The notes below the pieces were generated by a model, which was not told where the DNA came from, searched no databases, and saw only the letters and a program-made list of their open reading frames with translations. A stretch of DNA of 63,544 nucleotides, the filler included, from Chiloscyllium plagiosum (Eukaryota): the NCBI RefSeq assembly GCF_004010195.1. It is 4 parts of one record of this genome, joined end to end, with 100 filler letters (N's around TTAATTAATTAA, not from the genome) between each part and the next. Parts side by side here need not be neighbours in the genome. Positions count along the whole stretch, not along the records: positions 10,887 to 36,194 come from NC_057717.1; 3 more parts are not named here. One strand, written 5' to 3'. Below are positions 11,813-25,543 of this stretch, one piece after another. Position numbers and translations under genes: made by a program. Each line of letters starts with the position of its first letter. Position 1 is the first letter of the stretch.

Positions 11813-11831
11813 TTTAATCAACATTTTTATT
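11813..11831 (-). promoter_or_regulatory. Candidate polyadenylation signals of the GPCR pseudogene
   Basis: Minus-strand AATAAA (11826-11831) and ATTAAA (11813-11818), about 210 nt after the stop codon. Confidence 0.45.
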
Positions 11832-12041
11832 GTTTACAATTTGAAGTGATGGATACAGTCAGTGGAATGGTGCCTTTTCTCACTGGCCCCTGAGTTGTGA
11901 GAAACATTGAAATGTTTCCCTGTAACCCCCCTGTGGGATAAGGATGGACAACCCAGCGCTACCCTCAGTCTGTTACCATAGCGACAGGCTGCTCCATTGC
12001 TGAAACACTGAACTGAAATGAGAAAATCCCGGATGGATTGA

Positions 12042-12951
12042 TTAACGAGGGAATTTGATGAATGGATAGATCTGGGTGAAGGGATATTTCAGCACATTCT
12101 TCAGCTGCTGCCTGAACTTAATCTGGGTCACGGCAAAAATCGCGGTGTTTGTGCAGCAACTGAGGAGCTGCAGCATGAAGCCCAATTCCAGCACAAAGCG
12201 ATGGAGATACAGTGGGGAATACATTATATCTAACATGCGGAACCATACAGAATACAGCATTAACGTTGACCATAACAGGATGAAATTGGCCGAGATCACA
12301 AACAGTAAAATTATGGATTTTTTTCGGTTTCTCATTTCAGTGTCAGACTGAGCGTCCCCATTGGTGTGAGCGCGGAGTCTCCTGCGGGCTCTGCTGGTCA
12401 CTAAAATGTGTCTGACGGTGAGAACATTGAGCAGCAGAATCAGGAGAAATGGGACACACGGGTTAGAATGTGGTGGAGGATCTCGATTGTGATCCAGACA
12501 ATGGAGAAAAGAACAGAGACTGTTACATCACAAAACCATGGGCGGTTCCACAGCCAATACCGAGCCGTGAACATAAAATACCAGGAAATGTTCTTTAAAC
12601 AGCTCAGCACAGTCACTGCTCCCAGAACCACAGCCGCCGTTTTCTCACTGCAATATTTACTTTTCAGCTTCTGGCAACAAATGGCCACAAACCGATCAAA
12701 GGTGAAAGTGACGGTGAACCAGACAGAGCAGTCAGTGGCTGCATAAAGCAGGACGGCGTGGATATTACACACGGGGACCGAGTCCATCAGGAAATAAAAC
12801 TGTTCCCGATAAACAATGGGAATGTGTCTCAGGATCAGATCGAGGATAATGACCAGGATATCCGCTGCTGCCATGGCCCCCAGGTAACGTCTGACACATG
12901 GAGACAATCCACAATCTTAAGAAAGCAGGATGTAGATGGTGACTACGTTAA
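12042..12951 (-). pseudogene. GPR139-like class A GPCR, large coding exon, pseudogenised
   Basis: Acceptor tttccttcctcacag then NVVTIYILLS*DCGLSPCVRRYLGAMAAAD... Motifs TFDRFVAIC (DRY-like, TM3), TM6 FILLW and TM7 SCCTNTAIF. In-frame TAA at 12917-12919 and a 1-nt frameshift at ~12460 (ILT/PCVPFLLILLLN) joining ORFs 12440-12907 and 12042-12401. Confidence 0.88.
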
Positions 12952-13510
12952 CTGTGAGGAAGGAAAACAAACCCATTATCCAAAAGCCTCGAGGCAAAGG
13001 GAGCCTTTAATCGGGGACCCAGTGAGAGTTTCAAATATGTCCCTGTATTCAGGGATTTATTAAAATAATTGGAGCTGGAATAACAAATGGGAAGTTCGGA
13101 ATTACTGACAAAAATGTGACATAAACGACAAGAAACCCTCCCTCCCCAAACACACAGAGACACATCCATAAGGACAGATGGTTTCTAGAACATTCCCACA
13201 CACTCGATCACTCGAGAGCAGACACAGGGCACTCCTTCCCAGTTTCTAATATGGAGGGTGGAAACGTTGCTGTCCTGAAGGATTCTCTCCCAGTTTCCTG
13301 AAGACAAACGGAGTTTGGGAATTTCTGTATTTTGGTCTAAATTGTGGTCGATCCTGTGTCGTGGAGAAATGTAAACGCAGGGAAAACGTATTTACCCCTT
13401 TAACTGCCTGAGGGGCCTTCGGAATAGTGTCTCCTTCTCCCTGGAACGGGATTTCTTCCCTCGGGATCTTATCGTTTGTTCAATTCACTGACGTCCGGCC
13501 GTTCACAAAC

Positions 13511-14179
13511 AATGTCAGGGATAGAACGTTCCGGGGAATGTCAGTTTTAGAATGTCAGGGGCTGAACGTTCCGGGGAATGTCAGTTATAGAATGTTGGGG
13601 ACAGAACGTTCCGGGAAATGTCAGTTTTAGAATGTTGGGGACAGAACGTTCCAGGGAAGGTCAGTTATAGAATGTAAGGGACAGAACGTTCCGGGGAGTG
13701 TCAGTTATAGAATGTCGGTGACAGAACGTTCCGGGGAATGACCGTTATAGCATGTCGGGGACGGAACGTTCCGGGGAATGTCAGTTTTAGAATGTTGGGG
13801 ACAGAACGTTCCGGGGAATGACAGTTATAGAATGTCGGGGACAGAACGTTCCGGGGAATGGCAGTTATAGAATGTTGGTGACAGAACGTTCCGGGGAATG
13901 TCAGTTATGGAATGTCGGGGACAGAACCTTCTGGGGAATGTCAATATTAGAATGTTGGGGACAGAACGTTCCGGGGAATGACAGTTATAGAATGTCGGGG
14001 ACAGAACGTTCTGGGGAATGGCAGTTATAGAATGTTGGGGACAGAACGTTTCGGGGAATGTCAGTTATAAAATTCGGGGACAGAACGTTCCGGAGAATGT
14101 CAGTTATAGAATGTTGGGGACAGAACGTTCTAGGTGAATGGCAGTTGTAGAATGTTGGGGACAGAACGTTCCGGGGAAC
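13511..14179. repeat. 40-bp minisatellite, ~17 copies
   Basis: Unit GAATGTCGGGGACAGAACGTTCCGGGGAATGTCAGTTATA, containing the palindrome GAACGTTC. Confidence 0.97.
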
Positions 14180-14569
14180 TGCTTGACCTGTCGATCACCT
14201 TTCCCCCCTACCCACCCCACCAACATGATATACTGTGTCTGGACACACTGTAACATTAATGGGGTGAGAGACGGAGAGTCCAATCACAGGAATGGGAACT
14301 AAAGGCATTGCCAGATCAGCTGAAAGGGTGAGATATACCACATTCTCAATCCACTTCACAGAACCAGCCCAGACACCATCAACCCAGGGGAGATATCTGT
14401 CCACCGTGGAACACTGTGCAGACCAGGCCAGTGTACTGCTCAGGACAACCCATCAATCTGTCCAGATTCATCCATTGCACTGGTCAATACAAACCAGCAA
14501 TCTGTCCAGAGTGGTACACTGCATAGATCAGATCAGGGCATTGATCGAAAAACCCAAGACATTTATCTA

Positions 14570-17500
14570 TCCAGCACCGAGAGCTGTGCAGGCCACAGCA
14601 GTGCATTGATCTACAAACCCGGATTAGATATCTGTCCAGCACGGGGACTTATGGAGACCACAGCAGGGCATTGATCTATATACCACGAGCAGTTAGCCTC
14701 CTAGCATGTCGGACTGTGTACACCACCTGAGTGCATTGATCTGTAAACCCCGAGCAGTTACCGTCTCAGCATGTAGGACTCTGTACACCACCCCAGTGCA
14801 TTGATCTGTAACCCAGGAGCAGTTACTCTCCCAGCATGTAGGACTGTGCACTACTCTCCAGTGCATTGATTTGTAAACCAGGAGCAGTTACCCTCCCAGC
14901 ATGTAGGACTGTGTACAACACCCCATTGCATTGATCTGTAAACCAGGAACATTTACCCTCCCAGTAAGCAGGACTATGTACACCACCCCAGTGCATTGAT
15001 CTGTAAACCAGGAGCACTTATCCTCCCAGCATGTAGAGCTGTGTACACCACCCCAGTGCATTGATCTGCAATCCTGGAGCATTTAACCTCCCAGCATGTA
15101 GAGCTGTGTACAAAACCCCAATGTATTGATCTGTAAACCAGGAGCAGTTACCCTCCCTGCATGTAGGACTGTGTACACCACTCCAGTGCATTGATCTGTA
15201 ATCCAGGAGCAATTACCCTCCCAGCATGTACGACTGTGTACACCTTACACCCCAAAGGGCATTGATCTGTAAACAAGGAACAGTTGCTCTCCAAGCATAT
15301 AGGACAGTGTACATCACCCCAGTGAATTGACCTGGAACCCAGGAGCAATTACTCTTTTAATATGTCGGACTGTGTACATCACCCGGAGCACTGATTTGTA
15401 ATCCAGTAGCAGCTACCCTCCCCGCATGTAGGACAGTGTGCATCACCCTAGTGCATTGACCTGGAACCCAGGAGCAGTTACATCCACAGCATGTAGATCT
15501 GTGTACACCACCGCAGAGTATTGATCGGTAAACCTGGAGCAGTTACCCTTCCTGCTTACAGGACTGTGTACACCACCCCAGTGCATTGATCTGTAAAACA
15601 GGAGCAGTTACCCTCCCAGCATGTAGGACTGTGTACACCACCCCAGTGCATTGATCTGTAAAACAGGAGCAGTTACCCTCCCAGCATGTAGGACTGTGTA
15701 CACCACCCCAATGCATTGATCTGTAATCCAGGAGCTAACCTCCCAGAACGTAGAGCTGTGTACACCATACGAGTGCATTGATCTGTAAACCTCGAATAGT
15801 TACCCTCCCAGCATGGAGGACTGTGTACAACACCCCAGTGCATTGATCTGTAACCCAGGAGCAGTTACGCTCCCAGCATGTAGGACTACGTATACCACAG
15901 CAGGTCATTGATCTGTAAACCAGGAGCTGATACCCTACCAGCATGTAGGGCTGTGTACACCACTCCAGTGCACTCATCCGTAAACCAGGAACAATTGCCC
16001 TCCCTGCATGTAGGACTGCGTAAACCACCCCATTGATCTATAACCCTGGAGCATTTAACCCCTTCCAGCATGTAGGACAGTGTACACTACCCCAGTGCAT
16101 TGATGTGTAAACCAGGAGCAGTTACCATCCCTGCATGTAGGACTGTGTACACCACCCCAGTGCATTGGTCTGTAAACATGGAGCATTGACCCTCACTGCA
16201 TGTAGGACTGTGTACACCACTCCAGTGCACTAATCCGTAAACCAGGAGCAGTTACCCTCCCAGCATGAAGGACTCTGTACTCCACCCCAGTACATTGATT
16301 GGTAAACCAGGAGCAGTTACCCTCCTAGCATATAGGACTGGGCACCCCACTCCAGTGCATTGATCTGTAACCCAGGAGCAGTTAACCTCCCAGAATGTAG
16401 AGCTGTGTACACCACACGAGTGCATTGAACTGTAAACCAGGAGCAGTTACCCTCCCTGCATGAAGGACTGTGCACACCACCCCAGTGTATTGGTCGGTAA
16501 ACCAGGAGCAGTTACCCTCCCAACATTAGGATATTGTACACCACCTCAATGCATTGATCTATAGACCAAGAGCAGTTTCCCTCCCTGCATGTAGGACTGT
16601 GAACACCACCCCAGTGTATTGATCTGTAAACCAATAGCAGTTACCCTCCATCATGTACAGGCTTTGTACACCACTCCAGTGAACTCATCGGTAAACAAGG
16701 AGCAGATACACCCCAGCACGTAGGACTGTGAAAATAACTCTAGTGCATTCATCAATGAACCAGGAGCAGTTACCCTCCCAACATTAGGATATTGTACACC
16801 ACAACAGTGCATTGATCTGTAACCCAGGAGCAGTTACCCTNNNNNNNNNNNNNNNNNNNNNNNNNNNNNNNNNNNNNNNNNNNNNNNNNNNNNNNNNNNN
16901 NNNNNNNNNNNNNNNNNNNNNNNNNNNNNNNNNNNNNNNNNNNNNNNNNNNNNNNNNNNNNNNNNNNNNNNNNNNNNNNNNNNNNNNNNNNNNNNNNNNN
17001 NNNNNNNNNNNNNNNNNNNNNNNNNNNNNNNNNNNNNNNNNNNNNNNNNNNNNNNNNNNNNNNNNNNNNNNNNNNNNNNNNNNNNNNNNNNNNNNNNNNN
17101 NNNNNNNNNNNNNNNNNNNNNNNNNNNNNNNNNNNNNNNNNNNNNNNNNNNNNNNNNNNNNNNNNNNNNNNNNNNNNNNNNNNNNNNNNNNNNNNNNNNN
17201 NNNNNNNNNNNNNNNNNNNNNNNNNNNNNNNNNNNNNNNNNNNNNNNNNNNNNNNNNNNNNNNNNNNNNNNNNNNNNNNNNNNNNNNNNNNNNNNNNNNN
17301 NNNNNNNNNNNNNNNNNNNNNNNNNNNNNNNNNNNNNNNNNNNNNNNNNNNNNNNNNNNNNNNNNNNNNNNNNNNNNNNNNNNNNNNNNNNNNNNNNNNN
17401 NNNNNNNNNNNNNNNNNNNNNNNNNNNNNNNNNNNNNNNNNNNNNNNNNNNNNNNNNNNNNNNNNNNNNNNNNNNNNNNNNNNNNNNNNNNNNNNNNNNN

Positions 17501-20500
17501 NNNNNNNNNNNNNNNNNNNNNNNNNNNNNNNNNNNNNNNNNNNNNNNNNNNNNNNNNNNNNNNNNNNNNNNNNNNNNNNNNNNNNNNNNNNNNNNNNNNN
17601 NNNNNNNNNNNNNNNNNNNNNNNNNNNNNNNNNNNNNNNNNNNNNNNNNNNNNNNNNNNNNNNNNNNNNNNNNNNNNNNNNNNNNNNNGAAACTGCTCCT
17701 GGTTTAGAGATCAATGCACTGTGGTGGTGTATACAGTCCTACATACTGGGAGGTGAACTGGTCCTGGGTTATCTGTTTTAGGTTTACAGATCAATGCACT
17801 GGGGTGGTGTACATTGTCTAACTTGCTGGGAGGTTAACTGCTCCTGGGTTACAGAACAATACACTGGGATGGTGTACACATTCCTACATGCAGGACTGTG
17901 TACTCCACCCCAGTGCATTAATCTGTGAACCAGGCGCAGTTACACCCCCAGCATGTAGAACAGTGTACACCACCCCAGTACATTGATCTGAAAACCCGAA
18001 GCAGTTACCCACCCAGCATGTAGGTCTGTCTACACCCCCCCCCCCCGCCAGTGCATTGTTCGGTATCCCAGGAGCAGTTACCCTTCCAGTATGTAGAGCT
18101 GTGCACCCTACTCCAGTGCAATCATCTGCAAACCAGGATCAGTTACCGTCCCATTGTGTAGGACTGTGGACATCATCCAGTACATTGATCTGTAACCCAG
18201 GACCGGTTCACCTCCCAGTATGTAGGACTGTATGCACCACCACAGTGCATTGATCTGTAAACCAGGAGCAGTTTCCCTTCCAGTATGTAGACTGTGTATA
18301 CTACCCCAGTGCATTGTTCTGTATCCCAGGAGCAGTTACCCTCCCAGTATGTAGACCTGTGTACACCACCCCATTGCATTGATCAGTAAACCAGGACCAG
18401 TTACCCTCCCAGCGTGTAGCGCTGTTTACACCATCCCAGTGCATTGCTCTGTAACCAGGAGCAGTTACCCTCCCAGCATGTAGGACTGTGCACACCACCC
18501 CGGTGCTTTGTTCTGTAACCCAGGAGCACATACCCTCACGTCATGTAGGACTGTGTACCCCACCCCAGTGCATTGATCTGTAAACCAGGAGCAGTTTCCC
18601 TCCCAGCATGTAGAACACTGTACACCACCTCTGTGCATTGAACTGTAACCCAGGAGCAATTACCATCTCGGCATGTAGGACTGTGTACACCACCCCAGTG
18701 CATTGATCAGTAAACCAGGACCAGTTACCCTCCCAGCGTGTAGCGATGTGTACACCATCCCAGTGCATTCATCTGTCAACCAGGATCAGTTACCCAGCCA
18801 GCATGTAGAACTGTGGACACCACCCCAGTGCATTAATCTGCAAGCCAGGAGCAGTTACCCACCCAGCCAGCATGTAGAACTGTGGACACCACCCCTTTGC
18901 ATTGATCTGTAACCCAGGAGCATTTACCCTCACATTTTGTAGGACTGTGTACACCACCCCAGTGCATTGATCTGTAACCCAGGAGCAGTTCCCCCTCAAC
19001 GTGTAGAGATGTGTACATCAACCCAGACTATTGATCTGTAAACCAGGAACAGTTACCCTCACTGCATGCAGGGCTGTGTACAACAGCCCAGTGCATTGAT
19101 CTGTAAACCAGGAGCAGTTACCATCCCAGCATGTAGGAATGTGTACACCTTCCCAGTGTATTGTTCTGTAACCCAGGAGCAGTTAACCTCCCAGCAAGTT
19201 AGACAATGTACACCACCCCAGTGCATTGATCTGTAAACCTAAAACAGATAACCCAGGACCAGTTCACCTCCCAGTATGTAGGACTGTATACACCACCACA
19301 GTGCATTGATCTCTAAACCAGGAGCAGTTTCCCTTCCAGTGTGTAGGACTGTGTATACTACCCCAGTGCATTGTTCTGTATCCCAGGAGCAGTTACCCTC
19401 CCAGCATGTAGAGCTGTGCACCCCACCCCAGTGCATTGATCTGCAAACCAGGAGCAGTTACCGGCCCAGTATGTAGGGTTGTATACACCACCACAGTGCA
19501 TTGATCTGTAAACCAGGAGCAGGTAACCTCCCAGCATATAGGACTGTGTACACCACCCCAGGAGCAATTACCCTCTCGGCATGTAGGACTGTGTATCCCA
19601 CCCCAGTGCATTGATCAGTAAACCAGGACCAGTTACCCTCCCAGCGTGTAGCGCTGTGTGCACCATCCCAGCGCATTCATCTGACAACCAGGAGCAGTTA
19701 CCCTCCCATTTTGTAGGACTGTGTACACCACCCCAGTGCATTGATCTGTAACCCAGGAGCAGTTCCCCCTCAACGTGTAGAGATGTGTACATCAACCCAG
19801 ACTATTGATCTGTAAACCTGGAACAGTTACCCTCACTGCATGCAGGGCTGTGTACAACACCCCAGTGCATTGATCTGTAAACCAGGGGCAGTTTCCATCC
19901 CAGTATGTAGGACTGTGTACACCATCCCAGTGTGTTGTTCTTTAACCCCGGAGCAGTTACCCTGCCAGCAAGTAAGACAATGTACACCACCCCAGTGCAT
20001 TGATCTTTAAACCAAAAACAGATAACCTGCCAGCACGTATACACCCACCCAGTGCATTCATCTGCAAACCAGGAGCAGTTACCCCTCCCTGCATGCAGGA
20101 CTGTGTACACCACCACAGTGCATTGATGTGTAAACAAGGAGCACTTAACCTCCCTGCATGTCGAACTGTGTACACCACCACAGTGCATGCATCGGTAACC
20201 CAGCATCAGTTACCCACCCCCCACCCACCTCCCCCAGCATGTATAGCTGTGTACACCACGCCAGTGTATTGATCTGTAAACCAGGAGCAGTTACCTTCCC
20301 CGCATGTAGGACTGTGAACACCATCCCAATGCATCGATCTGTGAACCAGGAGCAGTTACCCTCCCCGCATGTAGGACTGTGTGCACGACCCCAGTGCATT
20401 GATATTTAAAGCAGGAGCAGTTCCCCTCCAAGCATGTCGGGCTGTGTACACCTCTGCTGTGCACTCATTGGTAAACCAGGACCAGAAACCCTCCCAGCAT

Positions 20501-23500
20501 GTAGAGCTGAGCACCCCTTCCCAGTGAATTGATCCGTAAACCAGGAGTAGTTACCCTCCCAGCATGTAGCACGCTGTACACCACTCCAGTGCATTGATCT
20601 GTAACCCAGGAGCAGTTACCCCCCACCTTGTAGAGCCGTGTACACGCCCCCCCCCCAGACTATTGATCTGTAAACCTGGAGCAGTTGCCCTCACTGCATG
20701 AAGGCTGTGTACAATAACCCAGTGCATTGATCTGTAAACTAGGAGCAGTTACCCACCCAGTATGTAGAGCTGTGTACACCACACTAATTTATTGATCTGT
20801 AAACCAGTGGCAGTTACCATCCCTACGTGTAGGATTGTGTACAGCACCCCAGTGCATTGATCTGTAAACCAGGAGCAGTTACCCTCACAGCAGGTAGGGC
20901 TACGTATACCACCCCAGTGCATTGTTCTGTAACCCAGGAGCAGTTACCCTCCCAGCATGTAGAGCTGTGTACACCACCCCATTGCATTGATCTATAGCGC
21001 ATGAGTAGTTACCCTCCCAACATGTAGCACTGTGTACACCACCCTATTGCATTGATCTGTCAACCAGGAACAGGTACCCTCCCAACATATATTACTGAGT
21101 ACACCACCCCAGTGCATTGATTTGTAAACCAAAACCAGTTACCCTCCCAGCGTGTAGCGCTGTGTACACCATCCCAGTGCATTGCTCTGTAAACCAGGTG
21201 CAGTGTACCCTACCAGCATGTAGTACTCTGTACACCACCCAAGTGCATTGATCTGTAACCCAGGAGCAATTACCCTCACGGCATGTAGGACTGTGTACAC
21301 CATCCCAGTGCATTCACCTGAAAACCAGGAGCAGTTACCCAGCAAGCACGTAGGACTGTGTACACCACACCAGTGCATTGTTCTGTATCCCAGGAGCAAT
21401 TACACTCTCGGCAGGTAGGACTGTGTACCCCACCCCAGTGCATTGATGTGTAAACTAGGAGCAGTTACCCTCCCATTTTGTAGGACTGTGTACACCACCC
21501 CAGTGCATTGATCTGTAACCCAGGAGCAGTTACCCCCCAACTTGTAGAAATGTGTACATCAACCCAGACTATTGATCTGTTAACCAGCAACAGTTACCCT
21601 CACTGCATGCAGGGCTGTGTACAACACCCCAGTGCATTGATCTGTAACCTAGGAGCAGTTACCCACCCAGCAGGTAGAGCTGTGCACACCACCCTAGTTT
21701 ATTGATCTGTAAACCAGTGGCAGTTACCCTCCCTATGTGTCGGATTGTGTACACCAACCCAGTGCATTGATCTGTAACCCAGAAGCAGTTAACCTCCCAG
21801 CATGTAGGGCTGTGTATACCACCCCAGTGCATTGTTCTGTAACCCAGGAGCAGTTACCCTCCCAGCGTGTAGAACTGTGTACAACAAGCCAGTGCATTGA
21901 TTTGTACACCAGGAGCAGTTACCCTCCCAACATGTATTACTGTGTACACCACCCCAGTGCACCGATCTGTAAAACCAGGAGCATTTTCCCTCCCAGCATG
22001 TAGGACTGTGTACACCACTCCAATGCACACCTCGGTAAACCAGAATCATTTAACCTCCCTGCATGTAGGACGGTGTACACCACCCCAGTGCATTGATCTG
22101 TAAACCAGGAGCAGTTACACTCCCAGCATGTAGAACTCGGTACACCACCCCAGTGCATTGACCTGTAAACCAAGAGCAGTTACCTTCCCAGTATGTAGGA
22201 CTGTATACACCATCCCAGTGCATTGTTCCGTATCCCAGGAGCAGTTACCCTGCCAGCATGTAGAGCTGTGTTCCCCACCCCAGTGCATTGCTCTTGAAAC
22301 CAGGAGCAGTTACCCTCCCATTTTGTAGGACAGTGTACAACACCCCAGTGCATTGATCTGTAACCTAGGAGCAGTTACCCACCCAGCAGGTAGAACTGTG
22401 CACACCACCCTAGTTTATTGATCTGTAAACCGGTGGCAGTTACTCTCCCTATGTGTCAGATTGTGTACACCAACCCAGTGCATTGATCTTTTACCAGGAG
22501 CAGTTACCCTCCCAGCATGTAGGGCTGTGTATACCACCCCAGTGCATTGTTCTGTAACCCAGGAGCAGTTACCCTCCAAGGATGTAGAACTGTGTACAAC
22601 AAGCCAGTGCATTGATTTGTAAACCAGGAGAAGTTACCCTCCCAACATGTATAACTGTGTCCACCACCCCAGTGCACTGATCTGTAAAACCAGGAGCATT
22701 TTCCCTCCCAGCATGTAGGACTGTGTACACCACTCCAATGCACACCTCGGTAAACCAGAAGCATTTACACTCCCTGCATGTAGGACGGTGTGCACCACCC
22801 CAGTGCATTGATCTGTAAACCAGGAGCAGTTACACTCCCAGGATGTAGAACTCAGTACACCACCCCAGTGCATTGACCTGTAAACCAGGAGCAGTTATCT
22901 TCCCAATATGTAGACTGTATAGACCACCCCATTGCATTGATCTGTAAACCAGGAGCAGTTTTGCTCCCAGTATGTAGGACTGTGTACACCATCCCAGTGC
23001 ATTGTTCTGTATCCCAGGAGCAGTTACCCTGCCAGCATGTGGAGCTGCGTTCCCTATCCCAGTGCATTGCTCTGGAAACCAGGAGCAGTTACCGTCACGG
23101 TATGGAGGACTGTGTACATCACCCCAGTGCATTGATCTGTAAACCAGGAGCAGTTACCCTCCCAGCATGTAGGACTGTGTACAACAACCCAGTGCATTGA
23201 TATGTAAACCAGGAGCAGTTACCCATCCAGCATGTAGGACTGTGCACATCACCCAGTGCATTGATCTGTAACGCAGGAGCAATTACCCTCTCGGCAGGTA
23301 GGACTGTGAACCCCACCCCAGTGCATTGATGTGTAAACCAGGAGCAGTTTCATTCCCCGCATGTAGAACTCCGTACACAATCCCAGTGCATTGATTTGTA
23401 AACCAGGAGCAGTTACCCTCGCATTTTGTAGGACTGTGTACAAAACCCCAGTGTATTGATCTGTAACCCAGGAGCAGTTACCCCCCAACTTGTGGAGATG

Positions 23501-25095
23501 TGTACATCAACCCTGACTATTGATCTGTAAACCAGCAACAGTTACCCTCACTGCATGTAGGACTGTGTACAACACCCCAGTGCATTGATCTGTAACCTAG
23601 GAGCAGTTACCCACCCAGCAGGTAGAGCTGTGCACACCACCCTAGTTTATTAATCTGTAAACCAGTGGCAGTTACCCGCCCTATGTGTCGGATTGTGTAC
23701 ACCAACCCAGTGCATTGATCTGTAACCCAGAAGCAGTTACCCTCCCAGCATGTAGGGCTGTGTACAAAACCCCAGTGCATTCATTTGTAAACCGGGAGCA
23801 GTTACCCTCCCAACATGTATTACTGTGAACACCAACACAGTGCATTGATTTGTAAACCAGGAGAAGTTACCCTCCCAACATGTATTACTGTGTACACCAC
23901 CCCAGTGCACTGATCTGTAAAACCAGGAGCATTTTCCCTCCCAGCATGTAGGACTGTGTACACCACTCCAATGCACACCTCGGTAAACCAGAAGCATTTA
24001 CCCTCCCTGCATGTAGGACGGTGAACACCACCCCAGTGCATTGATCTGTAAACCAGGAGTAGTTACTTTCCCAGTATGGAGGACTGTATAGACCAACCCA
24101 GTGCATTGAACTGTAAACCAGGAGCAGTTTCCCTCCCAGTATGTAGGACTGTGTACACCATCCCAGTGCATTGTTCTGTAAACCAGGAGCAGTTAACTTC
24201 TCCGCATGTAGGACTATGTACACCACCCCAGTGCATTGATCTTTAAACCAGGAGCAGTTACCCTCCAAGCATGTAGGGCTGTGTACACCTCTCCTGTGCA
24301 CTCATTGGTAAACAAGGAGCAGTTACCCTCCCAGCATGTAGAACTTTGTACACTACCCCAATGCATTGATCTGTAACCCAGGAGCAGTTACCCTCCCATC
24401 ATGTAGGACTGTGTACACCACCCCAGTGCATTGATCTGTAACCCAGGAGCAGTTACCTCAAACTTGTAGAGCTGTGTACATCACCCCAGACTATTGATCT
24501 GTAACCCAGGAGCAGTTACCCTCTCTGCATGCAGGACTGCGTACAATACCCCAGTGCATTGATCTGTAAACTCGGAGCAGTTACCCATCCAGCATGTAGA
24601 GCTGTGTACACCACCCTAGTTTATTGATCTGTAAACCAGTGGCAGTTACCCTCCATACATATTGAATTGTGTACACCACCACAGTGCATTGATCTGTAAA
24701 CCAGGAGCAATTACCCTCCCAGCATGTAGAGCTGTGTACAATACCCCGTTGCATTGATCTATAACGCATGAGTAGTTACCCTCCCAACATGTTGGACTGT
24801 GTACACCACCATATTGCATTGCTCTGTAAACCAGGAGCAGTTACCCGCCCAACATATATTACTGTGTACACCACCCCTGTGCATTGATTTGTAAACCAGG
24901 ACCAGTTTCCCTTCCAGCATGTAGGACTGTGTACACCACTCCAGTGCATTGATCTGTAAAACCAGGAGCATTTTCCCTCCCAGCATGTAGGACTCTGTAC
25001 ACCACCCAGTGCATTAATCTGTAAATCAGGTGCAGTTACCCTCCCAGCATGTAGTACTGTGTGCCCCATCCCAGCGCGTTGTTCAGTAACACCGT
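14570..25095. repeat. 65-bp satellite array, ~10.5 kb including an 849-N gap
   Basis: Consensus CCAGGAGCAGTTACCCTCCCAGCATGTAGGACTGTGTACACCACCCCAGTGCATTGATCTGTAAA. It accounts for nearly all ORFs between 14.8 and 25 kb. Confidence 0.98.
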
Positions 25096-25461
25096 GTAAG
25101 ATCCCTGCCCAGTGTGGGGAAACTTGCCGCCCATGCTGGAAGTGACAGGATGTGCAGCTCACATCCATTTCTAGCTCCATCTCTCCATTGTGCCCTGACA
25201 AGGGGGTGCTGTGGGTGTGAACATCACTGCCATAGAGAGACAGAGATGGAGGAGGAATCAGTTTTAACAATAACAAATGGGAGGCGTATGGGAAATAGAC
25301 AGAGAAGGGTTACTGAGAGAGGGTGTTATGGAAGGTTGTGTTCCCATGTATCAGAATGTGAAATGAAAACATTTAAACAGCATCCTGTAATATAAGCCAG
25401 TGTTTCCAGGAATGGTAGGTGAAAAGAATATTGGTGGTAGTTCAGATGATGCAGAATTTTG

Positions 25462-25543
25462 GACGAGTATTTGTTCTGCAGCTTTGTATCTGGGTGTAGG
25501 ATGACGAGTATTTGTTCTGCAGCTTTGTATCTGGGTGTAGGAT
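25462..25543. repeat. Perfect 41-bp tandem duplication
   Basis: GACGAGTATTTGTTCTGCAGCTTTGTATCTGGGTGTAGGAT occurs twice in a row. Confidence 0.9.

Noticed and set aside
16770..17756. Long X-filled ORFs here and at 33091-33929 and 43997-44654
   Set aside because: They span N gaps.
14823..24986. Dozens of 60-140 aa ORFs in the 65-bp satellite
   Set aside because: The unit is not a multiple of 3, and the ORFs are chance translations of the repeat.
1443..25095. CRISPR-like appearance of the palindromic tandem arrays (59, 44, 40, 36 and 65 bp)
   Set aside because: Units are head-to-tail with no unique spacers, there are no cas genes, and the context is vertebrate.
14570..25095. 65-bp satellite as a ribozyme-bearing satellite (like newt satellite 2)
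   Set aside because: No CUGANGA...GAAA core on either strand of the consensus.
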